Assembly (NCBI GenBank): GCA_043228905.1
Contig: JBHGNT010000020.1
Location: forward strand, 15,004,001-15,068,000
From: Azolla caroliniana
Lineage: Eukaryota; Plantae; Polypodiophyta
Length of the DNA: 64,000 nt
Direction of reading: 5' to 3'
Below the pieces are notes generated by a model that was not told where the DNA came from, ran no database searches, and was given only the letters and a program-made list of their open reading frames with translations. Position numbers and translations under genes: made by a program. This document shows positions 1 to 12,230 of this stretch, in pieces (position 1 is the stretch's first letter; every line of letters begins with the position of its first letter).

Positions 1-3000
1 TTGCAGATGCTCGACAACCCCATGAACACCACCACCTCCTCGTCTGATGGTCCGTCGCCCTAATCCAATTAATTTTCCGCTCCGTAAACTAAATGCCACT
101 CATCGATAACTCCTTCATTGTGCATATAATTTGATTGCAGTTCTGGCTATACAAGATTTGGTCACAAGCAGCCTGCCAGCATTACAAAGATTTATGGGGG
201 ACCCATGCTTACCGCTGCGATACAAGTACCCATGGATCGATTGTGATCATTCGAACCAAAATCTACCGGCTAGAGTAACATCTATGTGCGTGTGTGATCC
301 ATTATAAACATCTATGTGCAAATCCACATGTCGATCACAAGCCCTCATTATTGATTGTGATAAATGATGTGCGTATTAACTTGATTCCATGTGTTTTGTT
401 TGATATAATTCATGCAGCTCCTTATCTTACTATAGTCTAGTAGGGACTCTTGCAAGCAGCATCAACAACTTGGATCAACTTGTCACACTGTAAGACCACT
501 TTTATTTCTGATAATTACAGTGTTAATTGATAGTAGAAACATAATCACTTCACTGACTGCTATGGAGGTGAAATTATACATTGGAAACATATATATTATT
601 GATTCTGGTGTGCACAGCGTGTTGAGTGACAATGCCTTGCAAGGGCCTTTGCCGAGCTTCAATAATTTGGTGAATCTTCAAACCTTGTAAGTTATTTGTG
701 TTCTCTCTGCTGAAGTACTACATAGAATTAAGTAAAAGCATTTCACTACCTCATGAATATACAGTATGTTGTTGGGAAAGGGTGCCCAAATACCGATTGA
801 CAACCAAAATACACATTAACGCAAATAGATGGGCATGATTGTTCTAAGAGATACAAATCTATGGCAAATCCAAGAAATTTAGCTCATTAGGAAGCAGTAA
901 ATTGAATTTTGAGATATCTACCAGGCACCATAGAGAAATCTCACGCATATAACATACAAACGCACAAACATTTCTATTCCATTACATGAGAACTAACATT
1001 TCTACTTCTCCAAATCATCAGACTTCATTTTGTGTAGTCACACACTTCTCCAAGCCCTTATATAAGTTCCTCAAGAAATCTTGTGTATTTTGTGTATAAT
1101 TGGGCTTGGACGGTTCACAATACGAAAATCTAATTCGACTTTCACTCTTGTGTATCTTATTTACTTCAGAAAAAACTCAGCAGCAGCAATTTTCAAGAAG
1201 TGGAACTATTGACACATTTATATCTATTAACACTAATAGAGACTATGAGATTTATTTTGTAACTTTAACAAAGAAAATGGTGACTTATTAATTTCATGTG
1301 ATGCCCCATCAAATACATTGTAGGGATTTAAGCAATAACAGATTTATTTTGTAACTTTAACAAAGAAAATGGTGACTTATTAATTCCATGTGATGCCCCA
1401 TCAAATACATTCTAGGGATTTAAGCAATAACAGTTTCAGTGGTGAAATACCTGATGCATTGTCAAATTTGCCGAAACTAACATACCTGTAAGTATCTCTA
1501 TCTTGAGTTTTCTCTATCCAAATATCAATATATATTGCATTTATCTGCCTAAGGTTTTATTTACTTTTATGATCAACTTAAGATATTACAACGTTTTAAA
1601 GCGACTTTTAATAACTTGGTAAACAGAAAATATCAATTTATACTTTAATCTACCAATGTTTTTGTTTACTATCACGAACGGCGTAATATATTACAATGCT
1701 TTATAATGACTTTCCAGTAACCTAGAAAACAACAAGTTTTACGGAACGATACCAACAACACTACTGCAAAAAAAAGGTCTTCATTTCAGGTATATTACTA
1801 TTAAGATCTTTGTGAGTCAAAGAGAATATTATGTCATTATATATAAACATGAAAAATTATTAACTCGCATTTATGCTTCTCGTCTACATTATAAAAAAAT
1901 CTAATCTTAAACCAAAATTATACATTGCTAGTGAATATGCATAGTAAAACATACTGAGTGAAACATGGTGAATCCTAAGGTGACATAATAGAAATATCGT
2001 TGTCATGTGCATGTAAATCCATTGGATGTGAAGTTGTAGTAGTAAGTATTTGCCACAATGAGATATTCATTTTACAAATCGTATATATAATCAAGCAAAA
2101 GGGAGAAAAAATTCAAACAAATTGCTATCCTTCATTAAACTTTCTCTAGATATGCTTTGCAAGATAAAACCATGTAGAACATGTGGTGGGGAATATGTGC
2201 TTGAGTAATGCTATACACATAGAATGATGTGGTGTTTTGGAGTTGTTTTTTTATGTTGTTTCATCTACACATTGTTTTCCTTTGACATGCAAGATGTCTT
2301 GTAAGATATGAGTTGTAAATGATTCCTTTGTACATTCTTAACTAATGGAAGTAGATGTTTTTGGAAAAAAAAAAAAACCATGTAGAACGTAAAACATTAA
2401 AACAGTTGCTTTATTGAGCCTACTATTTGTTATCCTTTATTATATTGAACATTAGCTCTCTTATTTGATCAAATTCTAGAGGTACTCATCACAAACTCTT
2501 AAGTTTCACTCGACATCTAACCTCAAGAGTGGTTATTGAATATGTGCTCATAGGTAATTGATGTGGGTGGCACAATATTTGACCCACCACTTTGTCCATG
2601 ATCATGGGGTCTAGAGCTTGCATGTTACATAACACAAACCTTTGATGTGTTGCAAAAACAAAGTATTAAATAAACCCATATAAGTAAAGCTTATATTGGT
2701 CTAGTCACTAGTGTTGAAGGAATTTGAAAATTGCAAGTAGAACCCATATAAGTAAAGGTTATATTGGTCTACTCAGAAGTGTTGAAGGAATTTGAAAATT
2801 GCAACTAGGTTTAAAAACCTCAATTGTGATTTTTGTTGGTTTTGGAATTTCCGATTTGTGTTGAAATGTGTCAAACTTTCCGATGGAGTTTAGACTTGTT
2901 CTACGACCAGTTTGTCCAAAACCGTAGGGATTAACTACACATTATAATAAACTACAATGAAGTAAGCATTAGATTGCAATGTAACCAAACTATATAATAT

Positions 3001-6000
3001 GTAATTGTATCAAAGATGGAAATGTTGGAATTTTGAGATGACCAAATTTTAGTGGGGCACAATTTATGTAGCAGACAACAAACATGCATTTTAGTATGGT
3101 CAACTTTGCTTAAATTCACAAAGACAAAGGCAAAGGAAAGCATTAATGTTAAGTTTGAAATTTTGATTTTCAGATACGAGGGAAATAAAAATTTAGTATT
3201 GGAGAGGAAGGGGAAAAACATTCGTTTGATTATCGGAGCCAGTGTTGGTGCAATACTACTATTTATTATTTTAGCATCAACATTTCTCTACATTGTGGTG
3301 TGGAGAAAGGTTCAAACAAATAATTCAGAGGAAACACAAGTAGTTCAACCTCCAATTCATGCCCAATCTTCATCTGCTTATCAAGACCCTAATGGTATAT
3401 TGCTTAATTGTCCTGAAGAGAATGTAATTCATTTTCTCGGCATCAAGTGCTTGGTTTGCGTTTCTGCTTTATGCTTACAATAAATCTTCAATAATACCTG
3501 CAAAATCCATTTCCACAAAAGCTAATATCGCTCCATTTTTATCTACAGGCAATATTAAGAAAGAAGAACTTATTAAAGCGACTAATGTCGCCAAAGAATT
3601 TACGTTTGAGGAGATCAAAACTGTGACAAATAACTTCTCAGAAATCCTTGGTCAAGGTGGTTTCGGTTCGGTATATAAGGGATATCTTTTGGCAGGTTTA
3701 GATGTAGCCATTAAAATATTATCTCACGCCTCAGAACAGGGGCCGCAAGAATTTCTCAATGAGGTATTTAATGTCTGTTAAACTATATGTATGTAATTTC
3801 TTATGGGGAAACCAGTTACAAAATATAGTTCTGTACAATGGATGAAATTAGACTATTTTTATGCGTGTTTGACGTGCCTGCACAGACACATAGACTTTGT
3901 TAGACTACATTAAGGTGTGAAATATGACCTATATGAGACCAAAACTGAATCATTTTCACAATAGGATGTGGAAATTAGTGGTGACTCCAGATGTCTGAAT
4001 AGAAAGAAAACTTGAATATCTTTATGAGATCTAGAGCTCGTGTATAGGGGGGCTAATACTAACCCATGGTACCTGAGTGCTCAAGTTTTCTCGATGTGTT
4101 TCTCCTTCTTAAGAAGAAATATTCATACTTGGGACGTAAAAATTCTTAATTTGTGAATAAGGCATATTACACATATGAGCTCAACCTTTCTAGGTGGGTG
4201 TTCTCTTTAGTGTGATTCTCAAGTCAACATTTCTCTAAATATGTCATTGTAGCTTTCATGAATCACAAATAGTATTGTATGTGGAGCTTGTAAAAAGCAA
4301 GTCATATTGATCCTCTACTAGCCCTCTCATGTGCCTTGCATGCCTTGATATTTGTTGCCATAATGCAACTTGAATACCGAGCTTGGTTGATGAGTGCAAA
4401 GGTGTGCCAGGACTATGCTAGAGTTGGTACACATGTAAGTAATAAGATACGGTTGAATGTGGTCAAGAGCACCACCGAATCAAAGCAATCTAAATGAAGA
4501 AACGTAAATCCCAGTATAAGATAGCCTTAAGTAACAAAAACATTTGTTTGTGCAATATGCTTACATATAACATTCATAGCCTTTGATGTCCACTCCAATC
4601 AATAATTCTCTCTAGATATACTCCCAAGAGGTTTCCAAACATGACACCCTATAAGGAGTTGCAAAGAGAGAGTAAAAACACCAAATTGGTTGGAATGTTC
4701 ATAGGCGCAACCAAATTCGCAAAAACAAGATGTAATCTACCATACAAATAATGTAATTGAAAACAAAAAAATACATCATTAGGTCGTAAATGAGTGTTTA
4801 CAACTTTGAAGATACAAATTGAAGTATCTATTCCTGAATGTGATATCCTTTAAAACAATTAATTTTTATGCTTAATTGACTAATCATAATCATATCCTTT
4901 AGTTAGGATGCTTCAAAACACTCAACACAATTGCACTAATGTTAACCCCGTTTACCTTGTCTCCTATTGCATCATATTTCATTCTTGTCACCATGACTAA
5001 CATTATATAAATGTGTACTGGCTAGCTTCTTTAGCATTATCACATTGGCCTACATTGGATATATGTTTAATAAATAAACTTTATTTTTCAGAATATTATC
5101 AAGAAATAGGCTCAAAAACTAAAATCTTGAACTTGGTCGAAGGGTGACTTCCTGATTTATGTATAAGCCTCCTTGTATGGTCTCTATGTAATAATCCTTC
5201 CTAACTAATGGGAAAGTAGCTTCATTTTGGGGAAAAAAATCTTATGATTGGAAACTTTAATAAATTGTGTTGTTTGAAATGCTTCTTTATTTTGTTAACT
5301 TTAGGTTACTCTTTTGTCTCGTGTTCACCACAAGAACCTCGTCGGATTTGTGGGATATTCCATCGAGCAATCTCTCATATTGGTTTATGAATTTATGTCA
5401 AATGGTTCATTACATGATGCCCTATCCAGTAAGATAATCCATGAGTTATTTATGTCTCTAGATTTGTCTTGGGATTTAGTTTAAAACTTTTAATTTGTAA
5501 ATTATGCTAAGATTTAATATACAATCCTTACCATGTACCTATTGATAAAAAATAAACACACTAAATCGATGAAAAATCAATTGCTTCATTCACTAATATT
5601 AGGATGTTTTAGAATGTTATTGATTTATGATAAGGGAAATGTTCGCAACTTTATAAGAATCTCTAAAATGCACTTGATTCTATTTATAGACATATTAGAA
5701 AGAATAATATTACTATATTTGGCTTAATCGCCTCTGTAAGGCTCCATTGACATTTATTATTTGCTTGTTTAATGGTTAAAAGGAAGAAACACATCACCAA
5801 ATCTTTCATGGCGTCAAAGATTACAAATTTTGTTTGATGCTGCGCAAGGTAATAAGTTTTTTAAATAGTATATTATTTTAACACCCATTTTGTTTCCATA
5901 TTATTATGTTGAAATCTCTTTTTATAATGTAGGACTTGCTTATCTACACCATGGATGTAACATTATTCATAGAGATGTGAAGAGTAGCAATATTTTATTA

Positions 6001-6765
6001 TCTCAAAATCTAGAAGGGAAGATGTCTGATTTTGGAATATCAAGGATCACTCCCAGTGACACAAATCCTCTAACAAGGGTGATTGGTACCGTCGGATACC
6101 TAGATCCAACGTAAGTTTTTGTGTTCTTAAATCTTATCATTCATCAATAAAGTAATTTTAAATATCATTCATAACTATATTTAGATGAATTTTCCTTATA
6201 TCATTATGGGTTTTTAAAGCCTTATTCAAGATGCTAACAATGTTCATGGGTAAATTTTATAATTTATACTATTTATTTCCATAGGTATGCATACACCTCA
6301 AAACTGACAGAGAAGGCTGATATATATAGCTTTGGTGTGGTTCTTCTAGAAACTATATGTGGACTACCTCCTATCATCAAAGATAAAACACAGAATATTG
6401 ACATCCATATAGTTGAATGGGTATGATTGCTAAAAAATCAAGAAATTATGTTAGAATAACATATTATATAAATTGAAAGAATTATATGTTAAAATGTTCT
6501 TATTGCATAGGTAAAAACCTCGTATGAAAATGAAAAGATTGAAGAAGTTGTTGATAAACAACTTGATAATGAATATAATGTGTCATCAATATGGAAAGTA
6601 GCAGAGATTGCAATGTCTTGTGTCCAGTTTGAAGCAATAAAAAGACCTACAATGGCTAATATTTGTAATGACTTAGCTGAAGCTGTAAGAATGGGAGAGA
6701 ATTATGAATTCTCACAAAATGTAATTGGAGAAACTCAATCATATTCAAATGTGAAACCTCGATGA
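1..6765 (+). CDS. Malectin-like domain/LRR receptor-like Ser/Thr kinase (LRR-I type), copy A; 5' end outside window, visible part intact
   Basis: Exons joined by GT-AG: <1-49, 141-285, 418-489, 618-686, 1416-1487, 1718-1789, 3174-3394, 3549-3763, 5305-5428, 5783-5848, 5933-6110, 6285-6420, 6511-6765. They give GDPCLP..YPWIDC, four 69-72 bp LRR exons, TM helix [79 protein letters not shown] and stop TGA 6763-6765. No frameshift or stop found. Confidence 0.92.
1249..1432 (+). repeat. 92-bp tandem duplication spanning an intron 3' end and the first 17 nt of an LRR exon
   Basis: gatttattttgtaac...tagggatttaagcaataaca occurs at 1249-1340 and 1341-1432. The same duplication is in copy C (~25474-25656), but it is single in copy B (~12930-13020). 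Confidence 0.9.
2166..2388 (+). mobile_element. Short poly(A)-tailed retroposed insertion (5'-truncated LINE 3' end, SINE or retrocopy)
   Basis: 15-bp direct repeats aaaaccatgtagaac at 2166-2180 and 2374-2388, with an A-run at 2365-2377. The empty site is visible in copy C (26360-26375). Confidence 0.8.
2673..2808 (+). repeat. 68-bp intronic tandem duplication
   Basis: aacccatataagtaaag...ttgcaa(g/c)tag occurs twice (2673-2740, 2741-2808). Also duplicated in copy C (~26651-26790). Confidence 0.85.
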
Positions 6766-7199
6766 CGAATTATGTGCAGTAGCAAGTTTTCTATTGACAT
6801 GTATATAATCGACCAAAACATAAAATTTAGTCTGTTAGGTTAAGTCCGCAGTATTCAGGCCATTTTGTACTTCAACATTAAAAACTATCTATGTTTGAGA
6901 AAAACCAAAATAGGTTTGATGTGATATTAAAACATATTATTAACCTTTTATAATACATGCTTTGATTTATTGTATTAAACTAGTAAGATCACAAATATTG
7001 AAGACTTAAGCTTTGTTCCATTTAAATATAGGTTGTTCCATTTACATTTCTTTGTTCAAATCACCATGGAGGAATACCATTTTACGGAAACAAAGGGTTT
7101 CCATTTTCATCATTACTACAAAAATCTCATCAAAATCGAAGCCATTGACTTGTCAAGAACCCTTTGAAACATTTTTGCTTGATGTTGATGAACCAAATC

Positions 7200-8310
7200 A
7201 GATGTCTGCTTGAGTTAGAAGACCCACTCCCACTATAGTGTTTGTTTATTCTTCCGTACTAGGACCAAGTTCGAAGTTTTGTTTTCTCGAATTTATTTCA
7301 TCTCTAACTCCATAGCTAGTTACCAATTAGCAGTTGTTGTCATTGCTTCTTGGTACGAAGTTGAAGGTTCATTAGCACATGTTTGGAAAATGTCAAATGA
7401 TTACTATTCTTGAAAGTGGATGAGATGGTCTCTAGGATGTGCATGGTAAGATTGGGCTCATTGGATCATCACTACTTATCTCTTTTGTAGCATTATGGGT
7501 GACAACTGTTGTTGGTATGATTTGAAGTGCATGCTCATATACTTGCTGAGTAGAGAATCAAGTATGTTGAGTTGGGCCGTTAAGAGTAGCAATTAGATAG
7601 GCATAGGGAACCCATTAAAGTTCGATCAGGAGTTTAATTGCTTTTTGCATTATCTAACCATTAAAGACAATGCTTGAACATCAACCAATTTGTCTTGTCT
7701 AGAGGTCTTATAGTCGATGACCAATTTTGTGATTGGAACAATAACCAAGAAAGATGTGCTTTCGGCAAAAAGATTCCAACTTTCTTCTCTCATTCTTAGG
7801 CACAAGGGCCCTAAATATCTGCAACTTTTTCTTGTCGGGATATTTTTCGATACAAATCTCTTGTAGGATCTTGAAGTTCAGGGTTCTACTCGGCAAAATG
7901 TTAATTATATGCACTACATTGAGTAGAACCTCTAGCTAGAAACCATATGATAGACTAGAATACTTTAGATTCTCCTGAATAACTTCATTCATCTATTTAG
8001 CAATTCCATTTTGCTATTGAATTACATATCTCCTCTATTATTAGGTCGTAGGCATTTCATCTTTTGATCTGTCTCATTTCTCAAGCATTGCAAGGTAGTC
8101 TTGAAAGAGGGCTGAAGGCATTGTTTTTTATTCTCATAAGATAGGCATACACCTTCCTAAGATCATCATCAATGAACGCGATGAGCTAAGAGGCACGAAA
8201 AAACTGATACGGCATGAGGTCTATATGTCACATCAATTTTGATTCTCTTGGTGTGTTTCCCGGATGAGATGAGGATGCATGTTACTGTATTGACAATGCT
8301 CACAAAACTA
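7200..8310 (-). mobile_element. Degenerate Ty1/Copia integrase-region remnant
   Basis: ORF 7708-7914(-) HIINILPSRTLNFK...LVPKNERRKLES..HIFLGY..GHRL matches the Copia post-integrase motif (INRLPS..L..K.P; R.KLD...CIFLGY...GYRL). A duplicate lies at ~36200-37300. Boundaries approximate. Confidence 0.65.
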
Positions 8311-8317
8311 ATGGTCA

Positions 8318-8790
8318 TAAGGGAGAGTTGATGGTCGCGCAAGCAACCACACCACCAAAGTCTGACAATAAATCAAAACCGGAACATAAGAAGTACAAGA
8401 AAAAGCATCAACCTGAGGAGGACGAGCCCGAGGTAGTTGAGTTTGTGGAAGATGAGGAGGAAGATACTGAGCTCAAAGTTATTCCTCCAGGGGGGGCACA
8501 TTGCATCGGGTATACTCACCTCAGACCAAAATCGGATCAGAGAAAAATTGTAAAGACAAAGCTTGTCCGTAAAGGACAACTATTTCACTTGTCGATCTCC
8601 TCTATTCAGAGGCCACCCATTGATCTTGTAACAGGAAGACGAGCTCTAGAAATAAGAGAGCCACATTCAGTGCATGTAGAAAACTTCAAAAGTAAAATGT
8701 TGCTGACTTTAAGTACAGTTCGGCTGATGACTACACATACTACGTGATTGGAGGATCCCATTTTGCTGAAGCAAACTAAAAAGTGAGACA
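8318..8790 (+). pseudogene. Truncated duplicate of the ParB-like ORF at 48075-49095
   Basis: Nucleotide and protein match to 48551-49095 (ELMVAQATT..., IQRPPIDLVTGRRALEIRE). It has a frameshift and a ~67-bp deletion near 8700. It retains YVIGGSHFAEA at ~8741-8773. Confidence 0.75.
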
Positions 8791-8915
8791 TGGATGAGGG
8801 TAGAAAACTAAAAATAATTAAAATGAAACAGATCAAGTGTACAATAATAATCACTTAATTAAGGCCGCTTCTACATTTTATAACATTTGTTTTGAGGTTT
8901 ACTCATTAATGAAAG

Positions 8916-9241
8916 GGAAAAAATCGTCGGTAACTCTGTCATGGCTGCAGATATTACAAATTTTTTCGGATGCAACACAAGGTAATGAAATTAATAACAT
9001 TTACTTTTAATACCATTGTTTTTCGTCTTGTGTTTGAAAACAATGTCTTTTATAATGTAGGCCTTGCCTATGTACATGATGGATGTAACATCATCCATCG
9101 AGAGGTGAAGAGCAGCAATACATTATTATCGAGCAATCTAGAAGGGAAAATGTCTGATTTAGGAATATAAAAAATCATATCGAATGATCTTAGTAATGCA
9201 GCAACAAGGATTGTTGGTACTATGGGATATCTAGATCCAGA
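8916..9241 (+). pseudogene. Orphan RLK kinase exons (subdomains VIa-VIII), pseudogene
   Basis: 66-bp exon 8916-8981 and exon 9061-9241 (GLAYVHDGCNIIHREVKSSN..SDLGI*) with stop at 9168-9170. HRD is changed to HRE and DFG to DLG. Duplicate of 49215-49541. Confidence 0.85.
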
Positions 9242-9302
9242 GTAAGTACTTCTTAAACTATAGATAATTGCTAAAGTTAATTAGAAATGGTTATCTTAAA
9301 AT

Positions 9303-9348
9303 AAAGGACCTAAAACAAGCTCCTAGACTTTGGTACAAAAAGTTTGAC
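9303..9348 (+). mobile_element. 46-bp Copia reverse-transcriptase filler at a deletion junction
   Basis: Reads (D)LKQAPRLWYKKFDS, the Copia RT YGLKQAPRxWYKKFDS motif. Left flank matches up to 49602; right flank matches from 53376. Confidence 0.75.
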
Positions 9349-10449
9349 TCACCCCTCCCATCCTATTTCATGTGCTCTCCAGGTATCCCAATGATACCAT
9401 TGATAGGTTCTGGTGGAGATTCAATTCTGGTGTAAACACATTCTGGACTATTGACCCGGTGGATAACAGGACTTCTTATGATTTTCCTCCAGTGGCGGTG
9501 ATGCAAACCAATTTCATCAACAACACTATCATCTTGAACCCAAGTACTCAAGCATCATCATCCGATGTGTTGACGGCTAGCACACTCTACGGAAGCCACT
9601 ACTATTTCATGGTATTATGGTTTGTCGAGTTCAATCCAAATGTTAACACCTCTGGACAGAGAGTGTTCAATGTCGCCATCAATGGGAAAGACTTTACCAA
9701 CAATATCGACATCTACCGAACTGTTGGCGCCAAAGCAGCTCTTGAGCTCTACAGCCCGACAGATAGGCCATTGGGGCCTTATGTAGACCAATTCGTAATT
9801 CAGTTTAAGCCTTCGTCCACCTCTGATTACAATCCTAGCTTGGCCGCAGCCGAGATCTTGCAGCTGTTCGACAACCCCATGAACACCACCACCTCCTCGT
9901 CTGACAGTACGTCACACTATTCCAATGAATTCCGCTCCCTAAACAAAATGCCACTCGTCAATAACTTCTTCATTGTGCATATAATTTGATGTAGTTCTCG
10001 CTATACAAGATTTGATCACAAGCAGCCTGCCAGCTTTACAAAGATTTATTGGGGACCCATGCTTACCGCTGCCATACAAGTACCCGTGGATCAATTGTGA
10101 TAATTCGAACCAAAATCTACCGGCTAGAGTAACATCTATGTGCGTCTGATCAGTTATAAACATCTATGTGCATATGTACATGCCGATTGCAAGCCATCCT
10201 CTTTGATAGTGATACAAAAATGTGTTTATTAACTTCAGATTGATGTTCTAATTTGTTTGATATATAATTCATGCAGCTCCTTACCTGGCTATAGTCTAGT
10301 GGGGACGCTTGCAAGCAGCATCAGCAACTTGGATCAACTTGTCACACTGTAAGACCAGTTTATTTCTGATGATAGCACGTTAATTGATATTAGTAACATA
10401 ATCACTTCACTGACGACACTTTTTGGCTACTAGTATCAACGTCGGCATC

Positions 10450-11560
10450 ATATATTACATCACCGCCATTGTAGAATCATGGCTTCATCAAGTTTTCATT
10501 AAACTTGGACTGAAAAGTTACCACCAGAATTGGAAGACAATGAGGATCGAAACCAGTATAATGTGTAGAGCACATCATTGTGAAGTTATGCATGTGCACG
10601 TGAAATGTGAGTGGAACCACCGAGATAGAGTTGAGTCTTGAATGTACAATGTTTGAGGATGTCCATGTTTTTCAAGTTTTGTCGCTTCCCTGACTTTCTC
10701 TTTGTTTTGTTAATCCCATCGTTATCCTTGATATCATCAACGTGAAATATTCGTTGGTTGTTCTTTCACATTGGCTTCAACAACCATGTAGTGTAAAATG
10801 CTCGTCCATGTGCAGTGTGAGGAGACCCTTCTAACCTCTTTGTTGAACTCGTTGTGTGAATACCTTTCTCATGTAGTTAGTGCACAAAGACCGAGACAAA
10901 CACTCCAAGGAGGCGAACACTCGCTAGTCCGTTGTCGCATTAGTCTTCTCACTCTCCCACTCTGCCGTCATGGTTTGGGAGCATTAGCACACGAGATGAG
11001 TCTCAATACATTTGATTAGCACAATGCACAAGATTAAGGCCAAGATGACCTCACATTAAGACCTAGACACTAATTTATACAAGAAATTTCTTTATAAGGT
11101 AGGGTTTATCAACCACTACCCAAATGACAACATGGCGCCTTTTCAGGTGAGAGGAAAGGCCAACAATAAAATCCCTAGATATGCTTCCCTATTTATTGTT
11201 GGCAATGTGTAAGGGATGTAGAAATCTTGCAACTTTAAGTTACATGGCTTTGTTTTCTTGACATTTGTGGCATTGAGTCACATAATTTTGTATGACGAGA
11301 CACATCAGAACCCAATAGAAATGACTAGAGATCAGAACGAATGTGTGATGTATTCCATAGTACCCTGCTAGTTTCTTTTTTACCTGAAGCAAATCTGGAA
11401 CATAAAGCTTCCCATTATGGTAGAGCATATCATTACCAATGTGGAAGGATCACTTCCAAGATGAGGTGATTTCTGTTCAAGTCTTAGTTCTTCTCTCGAG
11501 TTTAGCAAATATTGCGATCAAGATACTTTCTTTGAAGGTGACCATAAAGATTGAATGTGA
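10450..11560 (-). mobile_element. Degenerate Ty3/Gypsy integrase remnant in intron of copy B
   Basis: ORF 11240-11428(-) LYHNGKLYVPD...GYYGIHHT...HFYW...IQNYVTQCHKCQENK resembles the Gypsy H2C2 integrase zinc finger. A homologous insertion sits in the same intron of copy D (54830-55700). Confidence 0.65.
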
Positions 11561-11869
11561 TGCCCATTGTACCTTACGACCCAAAAAGCCTTGTTGGTCA
11601 CAAAACAAATTTTCAAGGGCTCTTGGTGCATGGCTACCACAAAATGTTTTAAGTAAAGATTGTGGTACCATGACATCAATACGTGGATAATTGCAAATAA
11701 TTGTTTTCCTTGAATAGTTACTTACACTAAGTACGATCAATTTTCTTACTCTCAAATTCTGTAGGTTTACTGTGATTCTAGATATGAAACACCACCTATA
11801 GCAAATCACTTGCATCGATTTCAACTTGAAAAGGTTTGGAAAGATCTGGTAAAAGATTGACCATATGGT

Positions 11870-12230
11870 TGCACATTCTTATCGGAAAGTGGCACCATGT
11901 CTTGGAGTAGTAAAAGCAACTTGTAATGGCTCTATTGAGCACATAGACAATGTATAGGGATGTGTTCATCACCATCGGTTCAAGTGGATCTTGTAAGAAT
12001 CTTAGGTCAACAACCTAGGTTGACTATTTTGTAACAATCTTAGTAGTATACGATTGGCAAGGAAACTAGTTTTACAAGGGCTGAAGAAGCGCAGTAAGGT
12101 GCATGACCAATATATCTAGAACTATCATCAAATTATAGAGATAAATTTAATTAAGTGTTTAGAATAGACAATGGCAATTAACCAACCATTACTAAATTTG
12201 CCAATCTTGGGACGGTGTGCAAACATAAGA
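11870..12230 (+). mobile_element. Highly decayed Copia RNase H remnant
   Basis: gtggcaccatgtcttggagtagtaaaagcaac...gctctattgagcaca resembles GAISWSSKKQ..VALSST; downstream CDNxS-like motif. Many stops. Confidence 0.4.

Noticed and set aside
1100-1291. 63-aa ORF repeated at 25310-25516
   Set aside because: Intronic in RLK copies A and C; the similarity reflects the segmental duplication.
4050-4620. Possible decayed Gypsy integrase in the long kinase intron of A (and 33720-34260)
   Set aside because: Only faint motif resemblance on the minus strand; too degenerate to support.
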